DNA of 64,000 nucleotides from Octopus sinensis (taxonomy: Eukaryota), in contig NC_043011.1 of assembly GCF_006345805.1 (NCBI RefSeq), forward strand, positions 9,052,001 to 9,116,000, written 5' to 3'. Below the pieces are notes generated by a model that saw only the letters and a list, made by a program, of their open reading frames with translations, was not told the origin of the DNA and did not search any database. Below, piece after piece: positions 62,892-64,000 of this stretch (position 1 is its first letter; the number at the start of each line of letters is the position of its first letter). Both the position numbers and the translations under genes were made by a program.

Positions 62892-63075
62892 TTCGTGTGT
62901 GTATATATATATTCGTTTATTCTTTTATTTGTTTCAGTCATTCGACCCCAGAACTTATTTTTGTAAGCCCCGTACTTATTCAATTGGACTCTTTTGTGGA
63001 ACCGCTAAGCTGCGGGTACATAATTATACCAACATCGGTTGTCAAGCGATGGTGGGGAACAAACAGACACACAAA

Positions 63076-63109
<34 letters not shown>

Positions 63110-63286
63110 CAAACATTCATACATACAAACATTCATACGTACATACATACAAACATTCATACGTACATACATACATACATATATATATATATACATAGAG
63201 AGAGTTTACGAAAAAAACAAAAGACGAAGGCAAGTGGTGTACAAAATAAACAGATGTATTAGTATAACGCTCAGGAATAGAAAAAG

Positions 63287-63399
<113 letters not shown>

Positions 63400-63646
63400 G
63401 TATGTATATGTATATGTATACAACGAGCTTCTTTCAGTTTCCTAATACCAAATCCACTCACAAGGATTGGTCAGCCCGAGGCTATAGTAGAAGATTCAAT
63501 GTGCCACGCATTTGGACTGAACACAGAACTCTGATGCTACGAAATTTCTCGAATATTTCAGCGATTCTTCTGTCTTCAAGGATGCACATTGCATCCACCC
63601 TATGTATTGTATATATATATATATACACACGCATACACACACGCAT

Positions 63647-63677
<31 letters not shown>

Positions 63678-63696
63678 CAACAACAACAACAACAAC

Positions 63697-63745
<49 letters not shown>

Positions 63746-63748
<3 letters not shown>

Positions 63749-64000
63749 CCCATCCAAACAAGAGTACCACCACCCAAACAAACCCTGTGGATAAATAACA
63801 TCCAAAACAAAATACAAAAAATGAGAAAAGATCTGTCGATTCTTAATGAAATCAGTAGACAATCAACGCTACTGAGCAACAAAAAGAAAACAAAAATACT
63901 TCGCAAATATAACATCACAGAAAAAGATTTACCTGAGATAAAAGAAAAGTTGAAGCAAGATATCCTTGCCAAAGCACAAAGGATCCGCCGGTACGAGAAA
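63746..64000 (+). mobile_element. Start of a 5'-truncated R4/Dong-like LINE ORF running off the window
   Basis: 85 open codons ...PPPKQTLWINNIQNKIQKMRKDLSIL...LRKYNI...EIKEKLKQDILAKAQRIRRYEK, directly after (TAA)n. Confidence 0.78.

Overview
Repeat-rich animal genomic DNA, most likely an octopus or other coleoid cephalopod. That is an inference from the SINE/LINE families and the extreme microsatellite density. One protein-coding gene is clear: a minus-strand haspin (GSG2) histone H3-Thr3 kinase. I assembled it by hand as 12 coding exons from ATG 29853 to stop 8828 (2937 nt, 978 aa). All introns are GT-AG and phase-compatible. A probable non-coding first exon ends at 31529, with a CDE/CHR-like promoter motif near 31.7 kb. 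There are two tRNA genes: Asn-GTT at 3910-3983 and an Asp-GTC variant at 40145-40216. The rest is transposon debris and microsatellites: RTE, CR1/L2, R4/Dong-like, CRE-like and L1/Tx1-like LINE fragments, two abundant tRNA-derived SINE families, a DD37D Tc1/mariner relic, a non-autonomous Helitron, MITEs and Penelope-like termini. Most provided ORFs are microsatellite artefacts. The best leads are: a tRNA-Asp fused to a Tx1-like LINE 3' end and bracketed by a 13-bp direct repeat; hammerhead ribozyme motifs, two of them sense-oriented in haspin introns; a 79-bp MADE1-like hairpin MITE; RTE ORFs with an internal PHD finger or three C-terminal C2H2 fingers; and a large foldback just upstream of the haspin promoter. 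All calls were made by eye. Repeat boundaries are approximate and no database search was run.
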